A stretch of DNA of 64,000 nucleotides from the NCBI GenBank assembly GCA_902781045.1, contig CACZHT010000005.1, positions 19,085 through 83,084 on the forward strand, read 5' to 3'. The position numbers were made by a program, and so were the translations under genes. This DNA is from an uncultured Bacteroidales bacterium (lineage in GTDB: Bacteria > Bacteroidota > Bacteroidia > Bacteroidales > Muribaculaceae). The notes under the pieces were generated by a model, which saw nothing but the letters and a program-made list of their open reading frames with translations, made no database searches and was not told the origin of the DNA. Below, in pieces: positions 27,882 through 36,277 of this stretch; the stretch's first letter is position 1, and each line of letters starts with the position of its first letter.

Positions 27882-29348
27882 ATGGCGGAAAAAAAGCTGA
27901 AACAGAAAGCAGTGTCCAGTATGATTTGGATGGCTGTCCAAAGATACTCGAAGATGCTAATTCAATTCGTCTCGGGTATCATTTTGGCTCGATTGCTCAC
28001 TCCGTATGACTATGGTTGCATTGGTTTACTTGCCGTTTTTGTCGTATTGGCAGAGTCATTCATTGACGGTGGCTTCGGTTCGGCTTTGATTCAAAAGAAA
28101 CGACCAACCCAAGAGGATTATTCAACTATATTCTTTTGGAATCTTCTGATGTCGATGATTCTTTATGTCATTTTGTTCATTTCTGCTCCAACAATAGCAC
28201 GTTTCTACAAAATACCATTATTAAGCGATGTCTTGCGGGTTTATGGTATAGTCCTATTTGTCTATGCGTTTAATGTTGTCCAGCAAAACCAGCTGCAAAA
28301 ACAATTGAACTTCAAACTCTTGTCCATCGTGGCTCTGGTGTCTTCAGTTATTTCGTTAGCAGTAACCATCATCATGGCATATAATGGGTTTGGTGTTTGG
28401 GCTTTAGTTACACAATATCTACTTATTGCAATAATTCCTGCTTTTGCCTTTTGGTTTTTGGTAAAATGGAGACCAAGACTTGTCTTCTCCTGGAGCTCAT
28501 TTAAGGAGTTGTTTAGCTTTGGTTTCTATATGTTTCTGACAAATTTAATCAATCAGTTCGGAAGTCAATTGCAAGGGCTTTTGATTGGTCGATTCTACAA
28601 CGCGGCAACCTTGGGTTATTATTCTAAGGCTCAAAGAACAGAAACCTTAGCTTCACAGAGCATTTCATCTATCATGACTCAGGTGACATTCCCATTGTAT
28701 GCTGAGTTGCAAAACGACAGGCAGGCTATGGCCATGGTAATCAAAAGGATTACCATGACGCTAGCTTATTTCTCATTTCCCATTCTATTTATATTTCTAT
28801 TGCTTGCTAAACCGATATTTATTATACTTTATTCTGATAGGTGGTTGGCTAGTGTGCCATATTTCCAAGCGCTGTGCATTGCTGGGCTTGCTGGATGTTT
28901 GCAGGCGGTGAATTTGCAGTCCATTTCTGCAATTGGAAAAAGCAAAACAATGTTTGAATGGACCATCGTAAAACGCATTGTAGGTATTGGCGCTGTTGTC
29001 GTTGGGCTATTGTGTTATGGCATGAAAGGGCTGCTTGCTGGTGTGGTTTTTAACTATTGGTTCTCTTATTTTATAAATATCAGACTAGTGTCGAAGCATA
29101 TTGGCTATAAGTGGTATCACCAAATCAGAGATCTCTTTTCAGTGGGGGCTGTGTCTGTCACAATAGCCGGTATATGCTTTTTGTTGGGTGAATGGCTCAA
29201 TCTTGGTATTTACCTTAATGGGTTGATACAGTTGGTTGTCTATCTTTGCTTGTATCTTGGATGGTCGCTCTTTTTCAAGCCTGAAGCCTATACATATTTT
29301 ATTAGTGTCATACCAAATAGATTTAAATCAAGATCTAAATCAAGATAA
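27882..29348 (+). CDS. wzx: Wzx flippase (PST family)
   Basis: GIILARLLTPYDYG, DGGFGSALIQKK, LGYYSKA and many TM helices. Confidence 0.9.
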   Translation: MAEKKLKQKAVSSMIWMAVQRYSKMLIQFVSGIILARLLTPYDYGCIGLLAVFVVLAESFIDGGFGSALIQKKRPTQEDYSTIFFWNLLMSMILYVILFISAPTIARFYKIPLLSDVLRVYGIVLFVYAFNVVQQNQLQKQLNFKLLSIVALVSSVISLAVTIIMAYNGFGVWALVTQYLLIAIIPAFAFWFLVKWRPRLVFSWSSFKELFSFGFYMFLTNLINQFGSQLQGLLIGRFYNAATLGYYSKAQRTETLASQSISSIMTQVTFPLYAELQNDRQAMAMVIKRITMTLAYFSFPILFIFLLLAKPIFIILYSDRWLASVPYFQALCIAGLAGCLQAVNLQSISAIGKSKTMFEWTIVKRIVGIGAVVVGLLCYGMKGLLAGVVFNYWFSYFINIRLVSKHIGYKWYHQIRDLFSVGAVSVTIAGICFLLGEWLNLGIYLNGLIQLVVYLCLYLGWSLFFKPEAYTYFISVIPNRFKSRSKSR

Positions 29349-29384
29349 GCCCCTAATTATCGTTTTGCCATTTGATGGAATTAT

Positions 29385-30182
29385 ATGATACAAATTATTC
29401 TGAATGCTGATGATTTTGGAAAAAGTGTGGCTCGAAACAAGGCGATTGATGATTCTCTCAAGCAGGGTTTGATTCAATCAACAGGCCTAATTGTAACGGG
29501 CAAGCACCTTGAAGAAGCAGTGGATTTCATGATGAGTGGGGATTATGCTGGGAAGACTCATCTTCATTTTAATTTATCGGCAAATTTATTGCACGAAGAT
29601 TCTGATGATGCCCCACTTACCGAGGGCATGAAGAGGGATTCTTTTTTTTGTGAAGATGGGAAGTTCATTAGATATAGAGGATTGCCACGTAACATTACTG
29701 ATATCAGAAAGTGGAAAATCGTCTATAACGAATTAGTAGCTCAGTACAACAAATACATTGAAGTTACAAGAGGACAAGGCAATAATACTCATGTTGATTT
29801 TCATTTGTGGTACAACTTGACATTTCCTGTCGCACTTGCACTAAATGCTTTCACTCGTAAATATGGCATAAAATCGGTGCGATATATTGGGCTCCACCAG
29901 AAATCCCTTAGATATAGGCTATTCCCGATGATAAGTTGGAATCCAAAGGTGAAATCATACCCATCCACTAACATCGATTATTTCCTTTCGTGCCATAAGT
30001 CAATAAGGCAATCACAAATAATAGAACTGTACTGCCATCCCAATTATAAAGATGGAATACTTCTTGATGACAGTGTATCGTATCTTAAACACGAAAGACA
30101 GCCTATGCAAGTGCATGTTAGTATGCTAAAGAAAATAGGCGACATTACTTTTTTGTCATGGGAGGATATAAAAAATGAGTAA
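29385..30182 (+). CDS. YdjC/ChbG-family carbohydrate deacetylase
   Basis: LNADDFG, HLHFNL, HVDFH, LYCHP. Confidence 0.78.
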   Translation: MIQIILNADDFGKSVARNKAIDDSLKQGLIQSTGLIVTGKHLEEAVDFMMSGDYAGKTHLHFNLSANLLHEDSDDAPLTEGMKRDSFFCEDGKFIRYRGLPRNITDIRKWKIVYNELVAQYNKYIEVTRGQGNNTHVDFHLWYNLTFPVALALNAFTRKYGIKSVRYIGLHQKSLRYRLFPMISWNPKVKSYPSTNIDYFLSCHKSIRQSQIIELYCHPNYKDGILLDDSVSYLKHERQPMQVHVSMLKKIGDITFLSWEDIKNE

Positions 30183-31323
30183 TATTCGTTTGTTTTTCTC
30201 TGGGGATTTTTGCTCGAAACCATCAACTTCAAAAATCTCTGTTTCGGACGAATTGAAAGAGCTGATTCAATCCTGTGATTGGAAGGTTGTGAATTTCGAG
30301 GTGCCTTTGAAGCCTAAAAATTCTTCTAATTCTCAAGGACGATTTTTTCAAAACGACGATGCCCCTTCTTTTCTGCTTAATCTAGGTTTCAACCTATTCT
30401 CGTTCGCCAACAATCATGCTTTTGATTATGGTATAGAAGGATGGAAGAAAACGGTAGATAGTCTCTCAGGAAAAATTTTTGGTTCGGGCAGATATGATGA
30501 CGCTTATCAAGTTAAAATTGTAGAAAAGAATGGTCTGAAGATTGGATTTCTTGCCTTGACCTACGCTGCCCGATCCGGGGTTTTTGATATTTTCACAGAT
30601 AAGGATTCTTATGCTTGTGCATGGATAAATGACCTGAAAGTCAATCACATTATCATTGATGCAAAGAAAAAAGTTGATTATCTTGTAATTCTTCCGCATG
30701 ACGGCATTGAGTATATCGATGTTCCTATGCCAGAAACAATTTCTCGTTACCGAGATTTTATTGAATACGGTGCTGATGCTGTGATAGGAACTCATCCGCA
30801 TTGCCCACAGGGATGGGAAGTGTATAAGGGGAAACCAATCTTTTACAGCCTTGGCAATTTTTTGTTCAACAGCAAGGATAATTATGATTATAGGGCATGG
30901 AATCGTCCTCATTGGTATGAAGGTTTGTGCGTTATTGTTAGCTTTGGTGTCGATGGCATAACTTATCAAGTTATTAATACAAGGAATGAGGGAAATGTTG
31001 GCATATCTGTTGAGCATTCTACCGATAGGGATGAACACAACAGACGGTTGTGCAGCTACCTTACGGACAAAGAGGCATATTCAAGGGTATTGAATAAGGA
31101 ATGTAGCCGTTTGATGAAAAATCAGGAGATGCCAATTATTAATCAGTCTTTTCATAGTGTCTCGTTAAAATCATCGGTTATATTGCTGTTTAAGACGTTA
31201 GTGAGGGTAGTCTTGAAGCGAAATAATGATACCGCGCTTGTCAATCTTGTCAAGAATGATTCCAGAAGAAGTTTGTTGATTCGTGGTCTTCAAGAGACAA
31301 ATGATGCTCAAGGTAAAAAATAG
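30175..31323 (+). CDS. CapA/PGA_cap-family metallophosphatase-like protein
   Basis: SGDF, VNFE, ANNHAFDYG, PHDGIEY, GTHPH, YSLGNF. Confidence 0.85.
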   Translation: MSNIRLFFSGDFCSKPSTSKISVSDELKELIQSCDWKVVNFEVPLKPKNSSNSQGRFFQNDDAPSFLLNLGFNLFSFANNHAFDYGIEGWKKTVDSLSGKIFGSGRYDDAYQVKIVEKNGLKIGFLALTYAARSGVFDIFTDKDSYACAWINDLKVNHIIIDAKKKVDYLVILPHDGIEYIDVPMPETISRYRDFIEYGADAVIGTHPHCPQGWEVYKGKPIFYSLGNFLFNSKDNYDYRAWNRPHWYEGLCVIVSFGVDGITYQVINTRNEGNVGISVEHSTDRDEHNRRLCSYLTDKEAYSRVLNKECSRLMKNQEMPIINQSFHSVSLKSSVILLFKTLVRVVLKRNNDTALVNLVKNDSRRSLLIRGLQETNDAQGKK

Positions 31324-31344
31324 TAGTATTTAAAAAACGATTTA

Positions 31345-32439
31345 ATGAATATTGCAAAAAAAATCCGCAATTTGATGTTTATATGCCATAAAGAAATAGC
31401 ATATAGATATCATGAGAGAAAGGTCGGAAGAAATCTGAAAAAGCTTGTCGATCGCAAGAGATTGACCAGAGACCAAATAAATGAGATTCAAGAGTTCTAT
31501 AAGGGAATCATAGGCAAAAAGATATCTCTGAAATCGCATGAGTATTTTTACTCGCGAACGGGTATCTACTCTAAAGAGTATGTCCCTATCAGCCTCTACC
31601 ATGTTGAGTTGCAACCCAAGGCTAACATGGTGCCCTATCGCAATGCTTATGCCGATAAAAACATGGTGGACATTCTGTTGCCCAATGTAAAACATCCACG
31701 AACCATTGTGAAGCGTATGAATGGGTATTACTACTATGATGGGCAACCGATATCAGAGGATGACGTGATAGAGAAATGCAGCAATCTGAAGAACGCAATC
31801 ATTAAACCTGTTCTGGAATACAGCGGAAAGGGAGTTGAAGGCCTTGAGGTTACAAATGGCATCACAAATATTGATGGACTTAATCTGAAAGAGCTATTCA
31901 ACAAATATGGCAAGAACTTCCAGATACAAGAACGATTGCGTCAGCATGAGAAAATGAATGCACTCAATCCGACCTCAGTCAATACAATCAGAATATTGAC
32001 TTATCGTTCTGGAATGGAAATTCTGCTGATTTATTCGGTTGTGCGCATTGGCAGAAAAGGGCAGGTTATTGACAACCAGTGCGCGGGCGGAATTAGTACA
32101 ATCGTCTCCGAAGATGGAAAGCTGGGGAAATATGCCTTTGGTGGATATGCCGAAGATGGAATTGAGGTTACCGACTCAGGAGTTGTGCTAGATGGTTTTG
32201 AAATACCATCGTACGACAAAGCTGTTGAAACAGTTAAGAGACTTCACTATCAGTTGCCCTTCTTCAACTTGATAGGCTGGGATGTGGCTATCGATGAGGC
32301 CGGAGATCCAGTCATTATTGAGTGGAATGCCAATCCTGGCTTGAGCCAATCAGCATTTGGACCTGGGTTTGGTAAATATACAGAGAGGGTGTTGCGAGAA
32401 TTGTGGCCCAGAGAGAATACTGCGCGATTGCGCTATTGA
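31345..32439 (+). CDS. Sugar-transfer-associated ATP-grasp ligase 2
   Basis: YADKN, IIKP...SGKGV, IQERL, SVNTIRILT, RIG..IDNQCAGG, IGWDVAI, IEWN. Confidence 0.82.
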   Translation: MNIAKKIRNLMFICHKEIAYRYHERKVGRNLKKLVDRKRLTRDQINEIQEFYKGIIGKKISLKSHEYFYSRTGIYSKEYVPISLYHVELQPKANMVPYRNAYADKNMVDILLPNVKHPRTIVKRMNGYYYYDGQPISEDDVIEKCSNLKNAIIKPVLEYSGKGVEGLEVTNGITNIDGLNLKELFNKYGKNFQIQERLRQHEKMNALNPTSVNTIRILTYRSGMEILLIYSVVRIGRKGQVIDNQCAGGISTIVSEDGKLGKYAFGGYAEDGIEVTDSGVVLDGFEIPSYDKAVETVKRLHYQLPFFNLIGWDVAIDEAGDPVIIEWNANPGLSQSAFGPGFGKYTERVLRELWPRENTARLRY

Positions 32440-32652
32440 CTGAATTGCAGTAGCTGATTTGGATAGTGGCTTGCGTTTCCTCTATGGCACTATGTGGGTT
32501 TTCACAGATTGTCTGAGTTGGATTGTGCATGCGCACATTGCATCAGCCCATCGATTGATTTCTGTTTTTTATAACTGATATATTGGCAGTGCTAGGCGTC
32601 TTTCATCCTTTTGAAATCCTGGTGCTATAAAAGAACACAGATAATAATTTTA

Positions 32653-33630
32653 ATGAAAAACTTTGCACTCATTGGTGCTGCGGGATATATCGCACCGCGG
32701 CACATCAAGGCCATCGCCGACACAGGAAACAACCTGATGGTGGCATACGACCGCTTTGACAGTGTGGGACGACTGGACAGCTCGTTCCCCGAAGCCTCGT
32801 TCTTCACCGAGCAGGAGCAGTTTGACCGGTTCTGCTCGCGACAGATGCTAACCGACAACCCGTTGCACTGGCTCAGCATTTGCACTCCCAACTACACGCA
32901 TGACGCATTCATACGCTATGGACTGCGGCTGGGCACGGATGTCATCTGCGAGAAACCGCTTGTACTGAACCCTTATAACATCGATAATCTCTTGGAGGTG
33001 GAGCGAGCCACCGGTCACAAGGCTTACACCATCTTGCAGTTGCGTCTGCACGACTCGATTGTGGCTCTAAAGGAGAAAATCGACAACGGCCCCAAGGACA
33101 AAATCTACGATGTCGACCTGACTTATATCACCAGCCGAGGCAAATGGTACTATGCTTCATGGAAGGGCGACATACACAAGAGTGGCGGTGTGGCGACCAA
33201 CATCGGCGTGCACTTCTATGACATGCTTCAGTGGGTGTTCGGTCCTGTGAAGCAGAATATAGTGCATGTGATGAGCTTTGACCGCGTGGCGGGATACTTG
33301 GAGCTGGAAAAGGCGCATGTGCGTTATTTCCTGAGCATCAACGCCGAGTGTCTGCCACCCAATGCTGTGCAGGGCGAGAAGCGGACCTACCGCACGCTTA
33401 ACATCGATGGCGACGAATTTGAGTTCAGTGTGGGATTCACCGAGCTGCATACTAAGAGTTACCAGAAGATTCTGGCCGGAGAGGGATTCCGCATCAGTGA
33501 GGCAAGGCCGTGCATTGAGATTGTGAGCGACATCCGTCACGCCACACCCATCGGACTCAAGGGCGACTACCACCCGTTGGCACGGCTCCCGCTCTCTACT
33601 CACCCCTTCGGCTGGGACGAGAAGCGTTGA
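32653..33630 (+). CDS. wbpB: UDP-GlcNAcA 3-dehydrogenase (WbpB-like, Gfo/Idh/MocA family)
   Basis: NFALIGAAGYIAPRH, ICTPNYTH, VICEKPL, SWKGD..KSGGVATNIGVHFYDML, GFTELHT.SY. Confidence 0.9.
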   Translation: MKNFALIGAAGYIAPRHIKAIADTGNNLMVAYDRFDSVGRLDSSFPEASFFTEQEQFDRFCSRQMLTDNPLHWLSICTPNYTHDAFIRYGLRLGTDVICEKPLVLNPYNIDNLLEVERATGHKAYTILQLRLHDSIVALKEKIDNGPKDKIYDVDLTYITSRGKWYYASWKGDIHKSGGVATNIGVHFYDMLQWVFGPVKQNIVHVMSFDRVAGYLELEKAHVRYFLSINAECLPPNAVQGEKRTYRTLNIDGDEFEFSVGFTELHTKSYQKILAGEGFRISEARPCIEIVSDIRHATPIGLKGDYHPLARLPLSTHPFGWDEKR

Positions 33631-33929
33631 CAGACATGTCACTATGCGGCTGAAAGCGGTGGAGTGTGACAAGGTGTCTTGCACTATTTTTACGATTAAG
33701 CTGAAGGAATACTTTATTAGACCTATCAAATCTTTGGCTGCCACATGATTGGAAGCAATCTGATAATATTGGTCTAGTATGAGTTGATTATATCGAGTTG
33801 ACCATATTGATTTGATTCTCTTATAATCTTCAATTCTTTTCCTTGTGTGCGTTTAGAGATGTAATAACAGTCGCAACAGTACACAACTTTGAACATGAGA
33901 AGACAGAACATTTTTAAATATTTAACACC

Positions 33930-35234
33930 ATGCTCAAGAAATTACTTTTAACAACGTGTTGTGTGATGGCTCTGACTGCCGAGGCAACCGTAGGCCATAA
34001 TGCGGATTATGCTAAGAGCAATCTACAGCAACCTGAACAAATTGCCACATTCCAGAGGACACCCAACTCATGGCTTTGGTACAGAAACTTTGTCATCACC
34101 ACTGTTTATGGCGTGTCAGACACGGCAATGACCCACTCGGTCTACAATGATTGTCTCATCACCCCGCAGGACTTGCAAAACTCGGCTACGGATGCACTGC
34201 CCATCAATGCTAAGATTATTGGTTACCAACTCGACGGCTACTATGACAGTCAGTACTCTAATGTGCTGATGATTTATTGCTGGATGAAGCACACCGACCA
34301 GACAAGCATTGAACACACCACAGTAAGTGACGGGTGGAAGAAAAATGGCTACTTGGACGGACTGACAAGTGACTGGCAGTACTGCAACGGACAGACGTTT
34401 ACACTACCCAGCGGCGCGACAGAACAGAGCCCAAAGCCTTTGTATGATGTGACGTTTGATAACGGTAAGGTGTTCCAGTATGAGGGACGAAACATCCTGA
34501 TGTCCATCAGAAATCGGGCAGAGACTCGGAAGCTGATAGATTTTCACTATGTCTGTGCGCCCGCAGTGAATGAGATTGCGGCGTTCTATCGCACAGGCAA
34601 CTATGGTTATGGCGGGCCGGCGACTGGCGGCACAACAGTCGAGGTCGATGGCATGGTCTCGGCTGAGTCTTATCAGCTGCCTGCATTCAGGTGGAAATAT
34701 TACACCAACGACATCACTGTGGTTGTGAATCTCCTGGATCGCAGCGGGAACCCCATCGCACAGGATGACATCACCGATGGCCAGCCTGACGGTCGTCCAT
34801 TGCTCTACATCTATGACGAGACTGCCAAGCGGATTGTTGAGGTGCAGGGCGTGACGCGTGATGCCGATGGCTTCTTTGCTGTGACACCGGGCACTGCAAT
34901 CGAGGTGAAGAATGTTGACTACACCCACCAGTATCGCATCGTAGCCAAGAGTGCCACATGCGGGCAAGACGAGGTGCTGGCATCTTTCGGTTCTATCGAC
35001 AACGACATTGACCTGACCTTCACCTTGCAGCAGGATGGCGCACCGGCCAAGCCCGGCGACCTGACGGGTGATGGCAATGTGGACATTGCCGACATCAACG
35101 CCCTGATCAACGTCATGCTCGGACAGTGGACCGCTGCCGACTGCGTCAACGACCCCGACCTGACAGGCGACGGCAAGGTTGATATCGCCGATGTGAATGT
35201 CTGCATTAACCTCATGCTGGGTATTGGTGAATAA
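33930..35234 (+). CDS. Secreted protein of unknown function with C-terminal dockerin-like duplex
   Basis: Signal peptide MLKKLLLTTCCVMALTAEA. Tail GDLTGDGNVDIADINALIN...DLTGDGKVDIADVNVCINLMLG. Confidence 0.78.
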   Translation: MLKKLLLTTCCVMALTAEATVGHNADYAKSNLQQPEQIATFQRTPNSWLWYRNFVITTVYGVSDTAMTHSVYNDCLITPQDLQNSATDALPINAKIIGYQLDGYYDSQYSNVLMIYCWMKHTDQTSIEHTTVSDGWKKNGYLDGLTSDWQYCNGQTFTLPSGATEQSPKPLYDVTFDNGKVFQYEGRNILMSIRNRAETRKLIDFHYVCAPAVNEIAAFYRTGNYGYGGPATGGTTVEVDGMVSAESYQLPAFRWKYYTNDITVVVNLLDRSGNPIAQDDITDGQPDGRPLLYIYDETAKRIVEVQGVTRDADGFFAVTPGTAIEVKNVDYTHQYRIVAKSATCGQDEVLASFGSIDNDIDLTFTLQQDGAPAKPGDLTGDGNVDIADINALINVMLGQWTAADCVNDPDLTGDGKVDIADVNVCINLMLGIGE

Positions 35235-35279
35235 TTGACAAGCTGTACGCTTGGTGTGTAACGTGCCAGACTATAACAA

Positions 35280-35891
35280 ATGACAACTAGAACTATGAGA
35301 CGTTGGATAATCTGTTGCATTGCCATCATGGCAATGGCTCATGCCGCAGGGCAGGAGCAAGTGCAGGAACAGGTGCGCAAGGTGACTGTGATGCCGCGCC
35401 TGGGCATGACTGCTAGCACCATGTGGGGCAAGCAGGCCACCGGGTCGCGGTTGCGTGTGGGGGCTGTGGCTGGTGTGGACGTGGAATACCGCTTCTCACC
35501 CAAGTGGGGAGTCCAGCTGGGTGTGGAAGGTTTGCTCATCGGGTCGAACATCCACAGCGATGTCCCCACATCGGCCAGTACGCTGCTCATTGGCTACGTC
35601 GGTGTGCCTGTGATGGCAGACTTCCATGTCGCTAAGCGCTGGACCATCAAGGCCGGTGTAGAGCCGGCCTATCGCGTGGCGGCAGGGGCCAAGAATGGCA
35701 ACAGGTATGTCAAATTCACCAAGTACACACGCAAGTGCGATGTGATGATACCTGTGGCCGCGTCGTTCGATATCACTCGTCACTGGGTGGCTGAGGCCAG
35801 AGCCAATCTGGGTGTGCGGTCGGTCATGGAAGCGAGCGGTGTCAATGTGCGGAATCTTGCTTTCACGCTTTCAATGGGGTATAGGTTCTGA
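35280..35891 (+). CDS. Outer-membrane beta-barrel protein (PorT-like/porin family)
   Basis: Signal peptide, VMPRLG, alternating beta strands, YVGVPV and terminal MGYRF. Confidence 0.78.
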   Translation: MTTRTMRRWIICCIAIMAMAHAAGQEQVQEQVRKVTVMPRLGMTASTMWGKQATGSRLRVGAVAGVDVEYRFSPKWGVQLGVEGLLIGSNIHSDVPTSASTLLIGYVGVPVMADFHVAKRWTIKAGVEPAYRVAAGAKNGNRYVKFTKYTRKCDVMIPVAASFDITRHWVAEARANLGVRSVMEASGVNVRNLAFTLSMGYRF

Positions 35892-35988
35892 TGAGTGTAA
35901 ATAATGTTGAGTCCTACCTGATTTGAAAAAACGCTACAAAATAGTAATTTTTTTTGAAAAAAATTGCTCTAGTTCCAAAATAAATTAT

Positions 35989-35996
35989 TACCTTTG
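35989..35996 (+). promoter_or_regulatory. -7 promoter box about 280 nt upstream of the 36278 gene
   Basis: TACCTTTG followed by cagc and a long ORF-free leader. Confidence 0.55.
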
Positions 35997-36277
35997 CAGC
36001 GTGTAGTAATAGTTTCTTTTACTCATGATGTCCAAAGTTGCTGATTCATAGCGGCTTGCTGTGGCGATTTTGAGTTTTAAGTTTTAGAAACTAGAACTAT
36101 TGACTGGATGGAGAGGCCAAAACGGGCTCTCATGTCATGTGCGGTTGAGTGCCATGACCGTAGTTGTTGTGCTGGATTTCGTTTGATATGTTTTGTCATT
36201 GATGATGACATCTCAGCATTCCTGTAATTAGTGAGTTATTATTTATTTGTATAGTTTTTTTAAAAAATTCTTGTTTT

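Noticed and set aside
30175-31323. Poly-gamma-glutamate capsule system
   Set aside because: CapA-like protein is present but no CapB/CapC synthetase genes.
33636-33677. Group II intron domain V-like hairpin (tatgcggctgaaagcgg)
   Set aside because: The catalytic triad and 3' half of the domain V stem are missing, and there is no intron context or RT. More likely an ordinary stem-loop after wbpB.
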